DNA of 38,269 nt from a virus. Taxonomy: Duplodnaviria; Caudoviricetes. Under the pieces are notes generated by a model. It worked only from the letters and a program-made list of their open reading frames with translations. It had not been told where the DNA came from and ran no database searches. Numbering within the stretch: the stretch's first letter is position 1; each line of letters starts with the position of its first letter. Below are positions 1 to 9,408 of the stretch, one piece after another. Where the stretch lies: the IMG/VR virus record IMGVR_UViG_3300020042_012023, positions 1 to 38,269 of that record; one strand, 5' to 3'. Position numbers and translations under genes: made by a program.

Positions 1-121
1 ACGCCGCAAGATGTGATTAAGCTTTTCAGTAAAGAACAGATGGCCGCTCTTAGGAAACACTTTGTTGCGGAAGCACAAGAAGGAAACCCCTTCACTCGCC
101 AAGCCTCAGCGAAGCCTGGAA
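1..121. repeat. Terminal direct repeat, copy 1 (circular assembly overlap)
   Basis: Bases 1-121 (ACGCCGCAAG...AGCCTGGAA) are identical to 38149-38269. Confidence 0.97.
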
Positions 122-198
122 CAGCTCAAAGTTCTAGAACCAAGCCAGTTTCTACAGATGATTTCTTCAAAAAACTAGAATCAAAATTTGGGAGATAA
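1..198 (+). CDS. Capsid scaffolding protein, 3' part
   Basis: In-frame continuation of the 37495 ORF; ends ...DDFFKKLESKFGR*. Confidence 0.8.
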   Translation, partial: TPQDVIKLFSKEQMAALRKHFVAEAQEGNPFTRQASAKPGTAQSSRTKPVSTDDFFKKLESKFGR

Positions 199-201
199 TT
201 C

Positions 202-684
202 ATGTCAAGTCCAGGTCTATTTTTCTGGCAAGACCGGATTGGGAAAACCAATCCCCACGTCGTGCAATTTATGTATCAAATCACTGCGGCTAAAACTGTC
301 AGCCAACTACCACAAGGGACCCCCACCCTTACGTCGTTTGATGCACTGGCTTCCCAAGCAGTCATTGACGACTTCCTTGGAACTACGAATGAATTCCTAC
401 TTGCACAATTTGACGCGACTTCCCTAGGCCTGGACGCCTTCGGCTGTATCGTTAACTTCGGTGGACAAGCAGACCAGCTATACATGGTCGAGGGCTATGT
501 CGACGACTTGACCACTAGAGTCGAGAAGGCCATGCCAGCTGTTACCACGCTAACTAGCTCCTCTCTCACTAACCAGTGCGCCAAAGGTGCCAATGGAAAC
601 ATGGCAGCTCGCTTGGTTATGACTGGCCTTGATGCGCTGACTTCTGGAATTATCGTGATCAAGTTTTATTTCAAATCTAAATAA
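202..684 (+). CDS. Putative capsid-associated (decoration/cement) protein
   Basis: 160 aa, tightly packed between scaffold and capsid genes; function inferred from position only. Confidence 0.5.
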   Translation: MSSPGLFFWQDRIGKTNPHVVQFMYQITAAKTVSQLPQGTPTLTSFDALASQAVIDDFLGTTNEFLLAQFDATSLGLDAFGCIVNFGGQADQLYMVEGYVDDLTTRVEKAMPAVTTLTSSSLTNQCAKGANGNMAARLVMTGLDALTSGIIVIKFYFKSK

Positions 685-709
685 CAATTAAATCTTTTGG
701 AGTTTATAT

Positions 710-2041
710 ATGAGTCAAACAAGTAACGCCGATGTCTTACAGACATTCAAGCGAGTCTACGGTGACCTGACCAATCTTTTGCCTGATGATTTCCCTTTGG
801 CGAAATATATTCCCTTCTCAGAAAAGCAAAAGGTGGGCGAGAAATATGTTGAAGCCGTAGCCCTAACTAACGAAGTTGGTTGGACTTTATCGGATTCTAC
901 GGATGCGTTTGAGCTCAACCCAGCTATCGCTGGAACGGTCAAACAAACCGAAGTCGTCCCCTATATCACAGTGCTCCCAAGTATTGTGCCATGGGGTGTA
1001 ATGTCGCGAAGTGCTGGAGGAGGCGATCGCGCATTTTTCGATGCTACCAAGTACACAGTTCGTAACAATTTAAAAAGTCATTCTCGTTTACAAGAGACTT
1101 TGAGACTCTACGGAAGGTCTCCATACCTTCTCGGCGCAGTCTCTTATGCTTCCCAAGTATACCGAGGAGTCGCTTTCACGAACGGAACAGGAACTCTACC
1201 TAACACTAGGTTCGGGTCTCTTACGTTCACAAACGGCATCAATGCAGCTGGGAAATATATCCTGTTCGCACCTGGACAGTTTGCAGCTGGCATTTGGCTA
1301 GGCCTGGAAGGGGTCAAGATCAGCCAGGTAACCTCTACCGGTGTGATCCAAGCTTCCGGTAAGCTAGTGGCTGTAGACGCCGCATACGGCATTTTAAAGG
1401 TGGATTTCACCCCTGTAGCGGCTTCCGCGGCTCTCTCTTCCCGACTATGCTTCGAAGGCATGGAAGGTTCTGGAAAAGAGTATTTTGGTTGTGAGTATAT
1501 CCTTACAAAAACCGGAAACCTTTTCGGGATTGATAACACGATCTACTCTTTGTGGTCTGCTAACCAGTTTGACTGCCAAAACCAAAAACTTTCTCTTGCT
1601 AAATTTCAGGAAGCTGTTGCGAATGCAGTCAACAAAGGTGGACTTGAGGGTGATCTTGATGTGTGGCTCAACCCACGCTCTTGGGCGACGATTGCGAGCA
1701 CTGAAGCTGGCCTTCGAGTCTACGACGACTCGTACAAAAAGGGTGAAGCTGAGCAAGGTTTTGAATCTGTAACTTTCTACACCCAAGCAGGGAAAGCTAC
1801 TTTCAGACCCCATCGTCAAATGCGTGAAGGCATTGCGATGGCGATGCATTCTCCTTCCTGGAGTCGCTCTGGATCGGCTGAGGTTTCGTTCCAAGTGCCC
1901 GGAATTGCTCAGGATGTTATCTTTCCTTTGGTCAACCAAGCCGGGTACGCCTTCAGAAGTTTCTCTGATCAATATATCTTCAACCATGAGCCAGCTAAAC
2001 AAATTTACTTCTACAACATTAACGACGAAGCAGCTTCGTAA
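710..2041 (+). CDS. Major capsid protein
   Basis: 443 aa, GGAG SD, follows the scaffold and is followed by a terminator-like hairpin. C-terminus (YAFRSFSDQYIFNHEPAKQIYFYNI) resembles HK97-fold capsid ends. Confidence 0.8.
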   Translation: MSQTSNADVLQTFKRVYGDLTNLLPDDFPLAKYIPFSEKQKVGEKYVEAVALTNEVGWTLSDSTDAFELNPAIAGTVKQTEVVPYITVLPSIVPWGVMSRSAGGGDRAFFDATKYTVRNNLKSHSRLQETLRLYGRSPYLLGAVSYASQVYRGVAFTNGTGTLPNTRFGSLTFTNGINAAGKYILFAPGQFAAGIWLGLEGVKISQVTSTGVIQASGKLVAVDAAYGILKVDFTPVAASAALSSRLCFEGMEGSGKEYFGCEYILTKTGNLFGIDNTIYSLWSANQFDCQNQKLSLAKFQEAVANAVNKGGLEGDLDVWLNPRSWATIASTEAGLRVYDDSYKKGEAEQGFESVTFYTQAGKATFRPHRQMREGIAMAMHSPSWSRSGSAEVSFQVPGIAQDVIFPLVNQAGYAFRSFSDQYIFNHEPAKQIYFYNINDEAAS

Positions 2042-2055
2042 TCCAAGGTCATAGG

Positions 2056-2104
2056 GTCACGCGACCCTTGTATCTCCTTTCAAGGGTTCGCGTGACTAAT
2101 TTTT
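2056..2104 (+). terminator. Intrinsic terminator after the capsid gene
   Basis: Stem GTCACGCGACCCTTG (2056-2070) / CAAGGGTTCGCGTGAC (2081-2096), followed by TAATTTTT. Confidence 0.75.
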
Positions 2105-2117
2105 CAAAAGGTTTTTT

Positions 2118-4928
2118 ATGCCGATAAGCAAAACATGGCCGAGCGGTGGGACCAACCCAACTCCAACAACCTATCAAATCCCGCTCAACACAGAATTAAA
2201 CTGGACTACTCTCACGACTTTCCTGCAAGCATTGGCTGACAGTGCTCAAGGAACCTCGTTTCAAAAGTTTGCGATGCGTAGAGCTATCGCTTCCCCAGTA
2301 GCCGTAGTGGCTACCACCGATTGTATGGTGGTAACAGACCTAACCGTAGCTGGAGCCGTGGTTGTCAACCTCCCAGCTGGAGCAGATAAACAGCTGTATT
2401 TCATCTTTGATGGAAAAGGCGATGCAGCAACCAATAACATCACAATCAACCGCGCAGGTGCAGATACTATTCGCGGCGCGACGAGCATAGTCATAGACCG
2501 CAATTATGGTGGGGTGATTCTTTCCTACAACGCGGCGAGCACAGACTGGAAGGCCTTCGGGCCATTCATCACCCCTGGAGGAGTCATACCGGCTGACTTT
2601 GTGGGTATCCTTCCAACCACAAAAGGGGGGACTGGGGTCAACGGAACCGCGACATTTCCAGGGTCGGGAACGGTCGCGATCTACCCGATATCCCTTACAG
2701 CTGACGTAACTGGGACCCTCCCAGTGGCAAATGGCGGGACAGGCATAACTTCCTTAGGTGCAGGAGTCGCGACATGGCTTGGGACCCCGAGCAGTGCAAA
2801 CTTAGCCTCGGCTGTGACGGACGAGACTGGTTCTGGAGCTTTAGTGTTCGCAACCAGTCCGACACTCGTAACTCCTGCCCTTGGGACTCCGACGAGTGGT
2901 ATCTTGACCAACGCGACCGGACTCCCTCTGACTACTGGGGTGACTGGGACCTTGCCTATAGGCAATGGCGGGACAGGCCAGACGACGGCGAACACGGCTC
3001 TTAATGCGCTATTACCTACCCAAACCTCCTCGGCTAACAAATTCCTACGCACCGATGGGACGAACACCCTTTGGGCGACGGCCACCGGGGGAGCAGGGGA
3101 AGTCAACGCGGTATTGAATGCCTCTGGAGCGGACGGTACAACAGGCTGGACTGGGACCACTGTAGTCAGTGGTGCATCGAGTCCCCTTAATCCCATCATC
3201 ACGACTGCTTTTAGCATAGTCAATGCGGCGACTCCGCAAACATCCACGACCGGTGGGTATTATCCCTTTACCATGCCTACCGGGTTACAGAATAAGAAGC
3301 TGAAGGTTGAGTTTACTTTCACTTCCCCTGCTACCGATGTTTATCAAGTCTCAGTTTACACTGGAACCACGCGCGTCCCTCTGACTACGGATGCGTCCGG
3401 GGTGACAGCACTTCCAGCAAATACAACCGGTAAATTTACCGCGTATTTTGATTCGGATAACACGACAAGCTGGACTGTAGGGGTTACTAGGACAAGTGGA
3501 TCTACAGGCGCAGTGATTATCACCAATGTGATTGTAGGCCCTGGAATACAGCCGCAGGGAGCGGTTGTGGGGGAGTGGGAATCTTGGACGCCAACTGTAA
3601 ATAATGCTGGGTCTAAAACATTTACCAACACAGGATTTTGGCGGCAAGTTGGCTCTTCCATGGAGATGATATTCAAGTTAACAAGTAACAACGTAGCTGC
3701 CGGCGCAGGTGCAGGTGTTTTTCAAGTAAATCTACCTACTGGATATAACATACCAAGTAACTATCAATATCCAATGGCTGTTGGCTCTGCTGGAACATTT
3801 GGCCTCTTAGCAAATAGTCAATTTGATAGAACTGTACAAGTATCTGCTGATACTGCCGCAACCCTAGCCTTTCTAAAACCAGCAACATCTGACTATTATG
3901 CTCAATCTGACCTAAATGTGGCCTATGCGACAGAATTCTACGCACACCTTTCTGTCCCCATCGCAGAATGGGCGGGTGCTGGGACTGTGAACGTGGCGCA
4001 GAATGATGTGGAGTTTGCTTATAATACGAGTGGCGATGTCCCAGCTGGGGACACCACAAGCTTTGGTTATGGTCCAAACGGTGTAGCTTTTGTGGTATTT
4101 TCCGCTGCACAGCAAAAAAGAGTGAGGTTTCAGACTCCGATTCAAGTCGGAGACCAAATACAATTACAGATTAGTGCAGACAGCGGGACGACATGGAGAA
4201 CTGTAGGACAGAATGGGGATTATTCTGGAGCTTATTCAGTTCAAGGTGCAACAGATTATGGCATTGGAGCTATAGCTACAGTTTCTGGTTCGGTTACTGA
4301 TGTAACAGTGAATATTGGGCTGTATCGATTGGCTACTGGAGTTACTTATGGTGCAGCGGGAGCGGCATGGGTTTCTGGTGCTGCAAATAGATGGAGGCTG
4401 GTCAAGTCCTCCGCTGGAGCCGCTGTCGGCTTCGGGATAGTGGTCCCTGGAACTAGCTCGGGGTTAGTGAGTGCGAGTGGGTTACCGGGTAGGACTGACA
4501 ACTCAGTCATAGCGGCTAGCTACGTCGGTGAGGAGGCTGGACAAACAACAGCTTCTGGAGTTACATGGCCAGCATCAGGATCGACTAAAACAGTAACTTC
4601 TCGGATATTCACGAAGGGGTCTTGGCTGGTTTGGGGGGATATAGAATTTGCCTTTGGTTCAGCATATGTCGCTTCAGCTGCATCTAGCGCAAATTTATGT
4701 ATAGCCACTTTATCCACTACAACTGATACATATGTAGACAGCACAAGAGGCTATGCCGGTATTGTCGTCTTTGCGGTAGCAAGTTCTCTTGCTGCACGTG
4801 CTACGACAAGATTAACATTTTTTAGATTCAGTTCAGATACTACTGTTTATGTAACCGGGACTATACATTATACCTCTCAAACAGGTGGAACTATGAACGG
4901 TGCCATAAATGGAATACGTATAGGCTAG
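2118..4928 (+). CDS. Tail fibre / receptor-binding protein
   Basis: 936 aa, T/G/A-rich; repeated GxLPxxxGGTG units and the TGSGALVFATSPTLVTPALGTP fibre motif; modular beta-rich C-terminal half. Confidence 0.8.
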   Translation: MPISKTWPSGGTNPTPTTYQIPLNTELNWTTLTTFLQALADSAQGTSFQKFAMRRAIASPVAVVATTDCMVVTDLTVAGAVVVNLPAGADKQLYFIFDGKGDAATNNITINRAGADTIRGATSIVIDRNYGGVILSYNAASTDWKAFGPFITPGGVIPADFVGILPTTKGGTGVNGTATFPGSGTVAIYPISLTADVTGTLPVANGGTGITSLGAGVATWLGTPSSANLASAVTDETGSGALVFATSPTLVTPALGTPTSGILTNATGLPLTTGVTGTLPIGNGGTGQTTANTALNALLPTQTSSANKFLRTDGTNTLWATATGGAGEVNAVLNASGADGTTGWTGTTVVSGASSPLNPIITTAFSIVNAATPQTSTTGGYYPFTMPTGLQNKKLKVEFTFTSPATDVYQVSVYTGTTRVPLTTDASGVTALPANTTGKFTAYFDSDNTTSWTVGVTRTSGSTGAVIITNVIVGPGIQPQGAVVGEWESWTPTVNNAGSKTFTNTGFWRQVGSSMEMIFKLTSNNVAAGAGAGVFQVNLPTGYNIPSNYQYPMAVGSAGTFGLLANSQFDRTVQVSADTAATLAFLKPATSDYYAQSDLNVAYATEFYAHLSVPIAEWAGAGTVNVAQNDVEFAYNTSGDVPAGDTTSFGYGPNGVAFVVFSAAQQKRVRFQTPIQVGDQIQLQISADSGTTWRTVGQNGDYSGAYSVQGATDYGIGAIATVSGSVTDVTVNIGLYRLATGVTYGAAGAAWVSGAANRWRLVKSSAGAAVGFGIVVPGTSSGLVSASGLPGRTDNSVIAASYVGEEAGQTTASGVTWPASGSTKTVTSRIFTKGSWLVWGDIEFAFGSAYVASAASSANLCIATLSTTTDTYVDSTRGYAGIVVFAVASSLAARATTRLTFFRFSSDTTVYVTGTIHYTSQTGGTMNGAINGIRIG

Positions 4929-4957
4929 CCTACGCTAATAACAAGAAAGGACAGACA

Positions 4958-5299
4958 ATGAACCTAAACCCCATGGTTAAAAATAAAAAGATGGACGCCT
5001 TAAAGGCTCTAATCAAACAAATGTTTGAGTTAGAAGCTAGCGGAGAAAAGGACACAGCTGTAGACATAGGCCAAGAGCTCCATGAATCTATGGAGTCTCC
5101 AGAAGAGGAGAAGCTGGAGCATTTGGGTGGTATCACCGAAGCAGAAGAAAATGCTTCGGAGCCTGAAGGCGAGGACATGAAAGAGACCATGGCCAAATTT
5201 ATGAAAATGTCGGTAAAAACCCCGGTAAAGGGGAAAACCAAGCGCATGATAGGTAGGCCTGATATCGGGAAACCCAAAGAGAAGAAAACTCTAGCATGA
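4958..5299 (+). CDS. Hypothetical protein (acidic centre, basic ends)
   Basis: 113 aa, AAGGA SD, within the virion module. Confidence 0.6.
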   Translation: MNLNPMVKNKKMDALKALIKQMFELEASGEKDTAVDIGQELHESMESPEEEKLEHLGGITEAEENASEPEGEDMKETMAKFMKMSVKTPVKGKTKRMIGRPDIGKPKEKKTLA

Positions 5300-5445
5300 T
5301 TAGATTAAACCTAGGCTGGCTTTTGACTGTACTCATGATTTACATATGTTATGAATGTGCTAAAGCTGGTAGTGTCGAGGACATAAAAGATTGCATGAAA
5401 ACTTTACCAGGCGAAATTTGCATCAAGATGCACAAGGGCTTGTAG
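5296..5445 (+). CDS. Small Cys-containing membrane/secreted protein (49 aa, not in ORF track)
   Basis: ATGA overlap with the upstream stop; MIRLNLGWLLTVLMIYICYECAKAGSVEDIKDCMKTLPGEICIKMHKGL*; fills the gap to the next ATG at 5447. Confidence 0.55.
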   Translation: MIRLNLGWLLTVLMIYICYECAKAGSVEDIKDCMKTLPGEICIKMHKGL

Positions 5446-5446
5446 C

Positions 5447-6397
5447 ATGATTAGTTCAGACGACATTCTAACATCGGTAAAGAGGGCGGTTAGTGTCCCT
5501 GCCAGTCAACCTTTGTTGACCGATGCAGACATGCTATCCCTGGCTGATGAAATTATCGCTTCCAGGATTGTCTCCTTAATCGAGAGTTTCGACTCTGATT
5601 TTTTCCTGAAAAGAACTGTGACAGCAATTGTCGGGGGACAGGATCTATACGATATCCCTTATCGGTCCATGGCTAGAGGGCTAAGAGATATTTGGCTCCT
5701 AGATAACGTGACAAATCGGAGAAACCTCCCACTCATAGCCCTGGAGGACTTGCCACTCTATATCAACTCCACCTATGTTGCTGGATTCTTGTTTCAGGGC
5801 GACCAAATCAGGCTGGTCCCTAGCGTGCCTCCATCAACCACGGCGGTTTCTCTTGAGATTTGGTGGAGACTCCCCCCTAGCAAACTCATAGGGGTGTCTA
5901 CAGCTGGAGTTGTCACAAATATCTCCTACGCTCAAGCAGGGTTTGACCTTGTTACGTTGAGCAGTGTTCCAGCATTCTGCACGACTGGCCTGGAGATTGA
6001 CTTTGTAAGGAAGAAAAGCGGCTCCTCGATTTTAGACTTCGATAAGGTGATTCAGTCGGTCAACGGCAATACCCTCTCTTTTACGGAGGGAGATGTTCCA
6101 GCCTATTTATCGATCGGTGACTACGTTTGCCCCCCTGGACAGTCTCCTGTTTTAAACGATATCCCCAATGAGGCCATAGGCCTGATTCGCTCGCATATAA
6201 CGTACAGAATACTCTCAGCAATCGGTGATTATGAAGCGGCGTCTACTATAAATAAATTTGATATTCCAGCTGAAGAGAAAGACTTCAAGTCCATCATGTC
6301 GCCACGTATTGACGGTGAACCTGTTATCGTGATCAACCGTCGCTCTTTGGTTCGCGGCAATAAATTCTCCCAAAGACGTTGGATTGGACCCCCATGA
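5447..6397 (+). CDS. Head-tail adaptor (tail tubular A-like)
   Basis: 316 aa; helical N-terminus, GQDLYDIP and GDQIRLVP beta motifs and helical C-terminus as in podovirus adaptors; directly precedes the large nozzle-like gene. Confidence 0.65.
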   Translation: MISSDDILTSVKRAVSVPASQPLLTDADMLSLADEIIASRIVSLIESFDSDFFLKRTVTAIVGGQDLYDIPYRSMARGLRDIWLLDNVTNRRNLPLIALEDLPLYINSTYVAGFLFQGDQIRLVPSVPPSTTAVSLEIWWRLPPSKLIGVSTAGVVTNISYAQAGFDLVTLSSVPAFCTTGLEIDFVRKKSGSSILDFDKVIQSVNGNTLSFTEGDVPAYLSIGDYVCPPGQSPVLNDIPNEAIGLIRSHITYRILSAIGDYEAASTINKFDIPAEEKDFKSIMSPRIDGEPVIVINRRSLVRGNKFSQRRWIGPP

Positions 6398-9300
6398 GCT
6401 ACACCTACCCAGAAATTAGGCAGTTTCGTGGGCGGTATGCTCAGCGAAATAGCTTCGAGGTTCCTGATGGAGCCCTGGAAGTCGCTTTAAACGTGACGGT
6501 GGGTAATGATTTCATCATTTCAAAACGCCGTGGTTACTATCGTTATTTCACCCCCATTACCGGAACTCTCAAGGGTCTTGAGAAATACGAACGTACTCTC
6601 ATGGCATTTTATACCGACAAGGTCTCGCATTTTGCCGATAGCGGAACAGCACCCAATGAGGTTGGGAGCGAGACAGTTAACGGCCTGGAAACTGGGGTGA
6701 CGGTATCGATTACAGGCGACCGAGTCCCTAGGACTATGCAAGCCAGTGAGAACCTTTATTTCACGACGATATCAGGGGTCAAGAAACTAACTTCATTTGA
6801 TAGCACGGTAGCCAACGCGAGCTCACCTCCAGGAGCAGACCTGACGGCTGTCTTTGTCCCTGGAAGCGTGGCCAGCTGGTTCGGTCCTGGATTAGCAGTT
6901 TCCTACCGGGTCCTTTTCGGCAGGAAAGATGCGAACGACAATTTAATCCTTGGAGCTCCAAGTGATGTAGCCACAATCGCAAACCCGGCGACCCTTGGTG
7001 TGTCTTACACCTCGGCTGGAGTTGGACCCTATACCGTGACGGTGACGAGCTCTTCTCATGGCATGATCACTGGAAACTATCTCCAGTTTTATGGAGCAGT
7101 GGACCCTGACGCGAATGGGACTTTCCAAATAACCTATGTCGATCCGAATACTTTTACCTATTCTGTATCATCGGGAAGCCCTGGAGCAGGAACTATCAAC
7201 TGGGCGCAGTCCTCAGCTGTCATGCTGGAGACCACTGTCCCAGAAGAGTGTGCGTCGACCACTCAAGAATGGTTTATCCAGGTCTACAGGAATGACCAAC
7301 AGTCCATCACGGTTGACCCTTTAAGCACTTACAAGTTTATTTCCCAACGTGCGCTAACTGCCACAGAGATATCCACAAACGTCCTTTATTTCACCGACAC
7401 GACTCCAGACCTACTTAGAGGCGCGGAGCTCTACACGAATGAAAACACACAAGAGGGGGAAGGACAGGCCAACTACGGCGTGCCAAAGCCTTCGGATATG
7501 TGTTTATTCAAGAATTATGCATTTTATGCAGACTGTGTGATTCATGCCACGATCCGAACGGCCTTGGTCGACCCTACGAAATTAGCAAGTGGCGATATCA
7601 TCACGCTTCGGATTGTGGACATTGCAACAGTCGACGAAGAATACGTCGCTCGCACAGGTGTTGCCAACCAATTGACCTGGACAAATGTAGTCTCAGGCGG
7701 TCCAGCACTAACCATAACCTCAACTGCCCATGGTTTACTGAATGGGGATTTGGTCTTTATTTCCAACATTGTCGGCGGGTCGTATGTCAACCAAGCCGCG
7801 ACGGTGAGCGGAGTCGCTCCTAACACTTTCAATGTCACATTGACCGGTTCAGGGTCGCCTACCAGCCTATTTTTCGAAGGATTAGCCAATACTCTTGGTA
7901 AACCCATATTTAAACTAAGCCAATCGTCTAGTTTTGCAGTTTCTTTAGCCGAGACTGCGCAAGGTCTTGTGAAAGCGATATCCCGAAACCCTGGAGGACT
8001 CTGTTACGGTAAGTATTTATCGGATTTTTCAGCGGTTCCAGGACAAATTGGTATCTTCGCTCGTTATTTCCCCACACAAATTGCACTAATAGCAAGTACG
8101 TCTACAGCTGGCAGTGCATTCAATCCCCCATTGCCCACCTCGTTTGCTTCGGGGACTCAAGTTACTTCTGGGACGGTGAATCAAAAACACCATATATATA
8201 TATCGAAAGTATCTGAGCCCGAAGCTGTCCCCCTGCTCAACTTTTTGCCAGTAGGTTCCGAAAACCAGGCAATTTTAAGAATCAAGGCCCTACGCGATTC
8301 GGTGATTGTTATAAAAGAAGACGGGGTTTTTAGACTTTCTGGTGACTCACCTCAAAACTTTGTGGTGACGATTCTTGACTCGACTGTATTATGCGCTGGC
8401 ACTGACACTGTGAGTGTTATTAACAACCAAGTGGCGATGCTTAGTAATGTTGGTGTTGTATTAATATCTGAGACAGCTGTTAATATAATTTCACGAAAGA
8501 TTGAGGAGGACATTAGACCGATTTTAGGTAGGCCTGATACCCTTTCTCATGGTGTGGCCTATGAGAGTGAGCGGCTTTACATGCTCACCTGCTCAAAGCC
8601 CAATGACCCGACTCTTTCGGTGCTCCATATTTACAATAACCTGACGGACGAATGGACTACTTGGGACACTTTATTTAAGTCTGGGATTGTGGGACCCGAT
8701 GATACTCTTTATTTAGTTGACCTTAATAACTCTATTTTGGTAGAACGAAAATCACAGACTCGTATTGATTATTCTGATCAAAATTATTCCACTTCCATTT
8801 TGTCGGTGTCGCTTGCGGCTACCGACATTTCTTTTTCGCTCGCAGGAGCGATACCGGAAGCTGGAGACATTTTAGTCCTTGGCAATGTGATCAATCGGAT
8901 TAAAACACTCCCAACAATCATCGGTGTGAACCAGTATGCTTGCACGTTACAGGTAGCTACCTCCCTGGTTCCTGGAGATACGCCGATCTTTTATAAGAAC
9001 ATTCGCTCAGTGGTTGGGACCGTCCCTTTTCATGCTGGAGCTACAGGGCGCATGAAGCAGTTTGCACAAACGCAGCTGCATTTCAGGAGCGACCAGTGTT
9101 CCAGGATGGGACTCTTCTTTGTCGGTGACACGTACTTGGGAAGTAATCCTGTAACGTGGGAAGCCCTTTGGAATAGAGCCGGTTGGGGGTATTTCCCATG
9201 GGCTTTTGATTTTTTTGGTCAAGGCAATGGGATTGATCTACCGATCGGAACCTCACCGAGTCCGATTTGCCGTATCTATGTCCCGATCCAGCAACAAAGA

Positions 9301-9408
9301 ACCACTTTTATACAAACCTACATGACTCATACGGAAGCCGGGGAAGCAATCAATCTCCAGGCTCAAAGCTGGGCGATACGTGCCTACGCTGAAAGGGTGT
9401 CGCGTTGA
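6394..9408 (+). CDS. Tail nozzle / stabilisation protein (tail tubular B, P22 gp10-like)
   Basis: ~1004 aa from ATG 6394 (ATGA overlap). N-terminal PDGALEVALNV...ISKRRGY; propeller-like IYISKVSEPEA...LRDSVIVIKEDGVFRL...ISRKIE; YNNLTDEWTTW. Confidence 0.7.
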   Translation: MSYTYPEIRQFRGRYAQRNSFEVPDGALEVALNVTVGNDFIISKRRGYYRYFTPITGTLKGLEKYERTLMAFYTDKVSHFADSGTAPNEVGSETVNGLETGVTVSITGDRVPRTMQASENLYFTTISGVKKLTSFDSTVANASSPPGADLTAVFVPGSVASWFGPGLAVSYRVLFGRKDANDNLILGAPSDVATIANPATLGVSYTSAGVGPYTVTVTSSSHGMITGNYLQFYGAVDPDANGTFQITYVDPNTFTYSVSSGSPGAGTINWAQSSAVMLETTVPEECASTTQEWFIQVYRNDQQSITVDPLSTYKFISQRALTATEISTNVLYFTDTTPDLLRGAELYTNENTQEGEGQANYGVPKPSDMCLFKNYAFYADCVIHATIRTALVDPTKLASGDIITLRIVDIATVDEEYVARTGVANQLTWTNVVSGGPALTITSTAHGLLNGDLVFISNIVGGSYVNQAATVSGVAPNTFNVTLTGSGSPTSLFFEGLANTLGKPIFKLSQSSSFAVSLAETAQGLVKAISRNPGGLCYGKYLSDFSAVPGQIGIFARYFPTQIALIASTSTAGSAFNPPLPTSFASGTQVTSGTVNQKHHIYISKVSEPEAVPLLNFLPVGSENQAILRIKALRDSVIVIKEDGVFRLSGDSPQNFVVTILDSTVLCAGTDTVSVINNQVAMLSNVGVVLISETAVNIISRKIEEDIRPILGRPDTLSHGVAYESERLYMLTCSKPNDPTLSVLHIYNNLTDEWTTWDTLFKSGIVGPDDTLYLVDLNNSILVERKSQTRIDYSDQNYSTSILSVSLAATDISFSLAGAIPEAGDILVLGNVINRIKTLPTIIGVNQYACTLQVATSLVPGDTPIFYKNIRSVVGTVPFHAGATGRMKQFAQTQLHFRSDQCSRMGLFFVGDTYLGSNPVTWEALWNRAGWGYFPWAFDFFGQGNGIDLPIGTSPSPICRIYVPIQQQRTTFIQTYMTHTEAGEAINLQAQSWAIRAYAERVSR

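Noticed and set aside
1-121. 121-bp repeat as a biological terminal repeat
   Set aside because: It falls mid-gene and has a k-mer-like length; more simply explained as assembler overlap.
2681-3247. Long antisense ORFs (also 1445..2002, 15792..16313, 31518..31982)
   Set aside because: Mirror frames of well-supported + strand genes with no recognisable motifs.
2118-4928. Diversity-generating retroelement or invertible cassette acting on the tail fibre
   Set aside because: No reverse transcriptase, recombinase, or TR/VR-like near-duplicate was seen.
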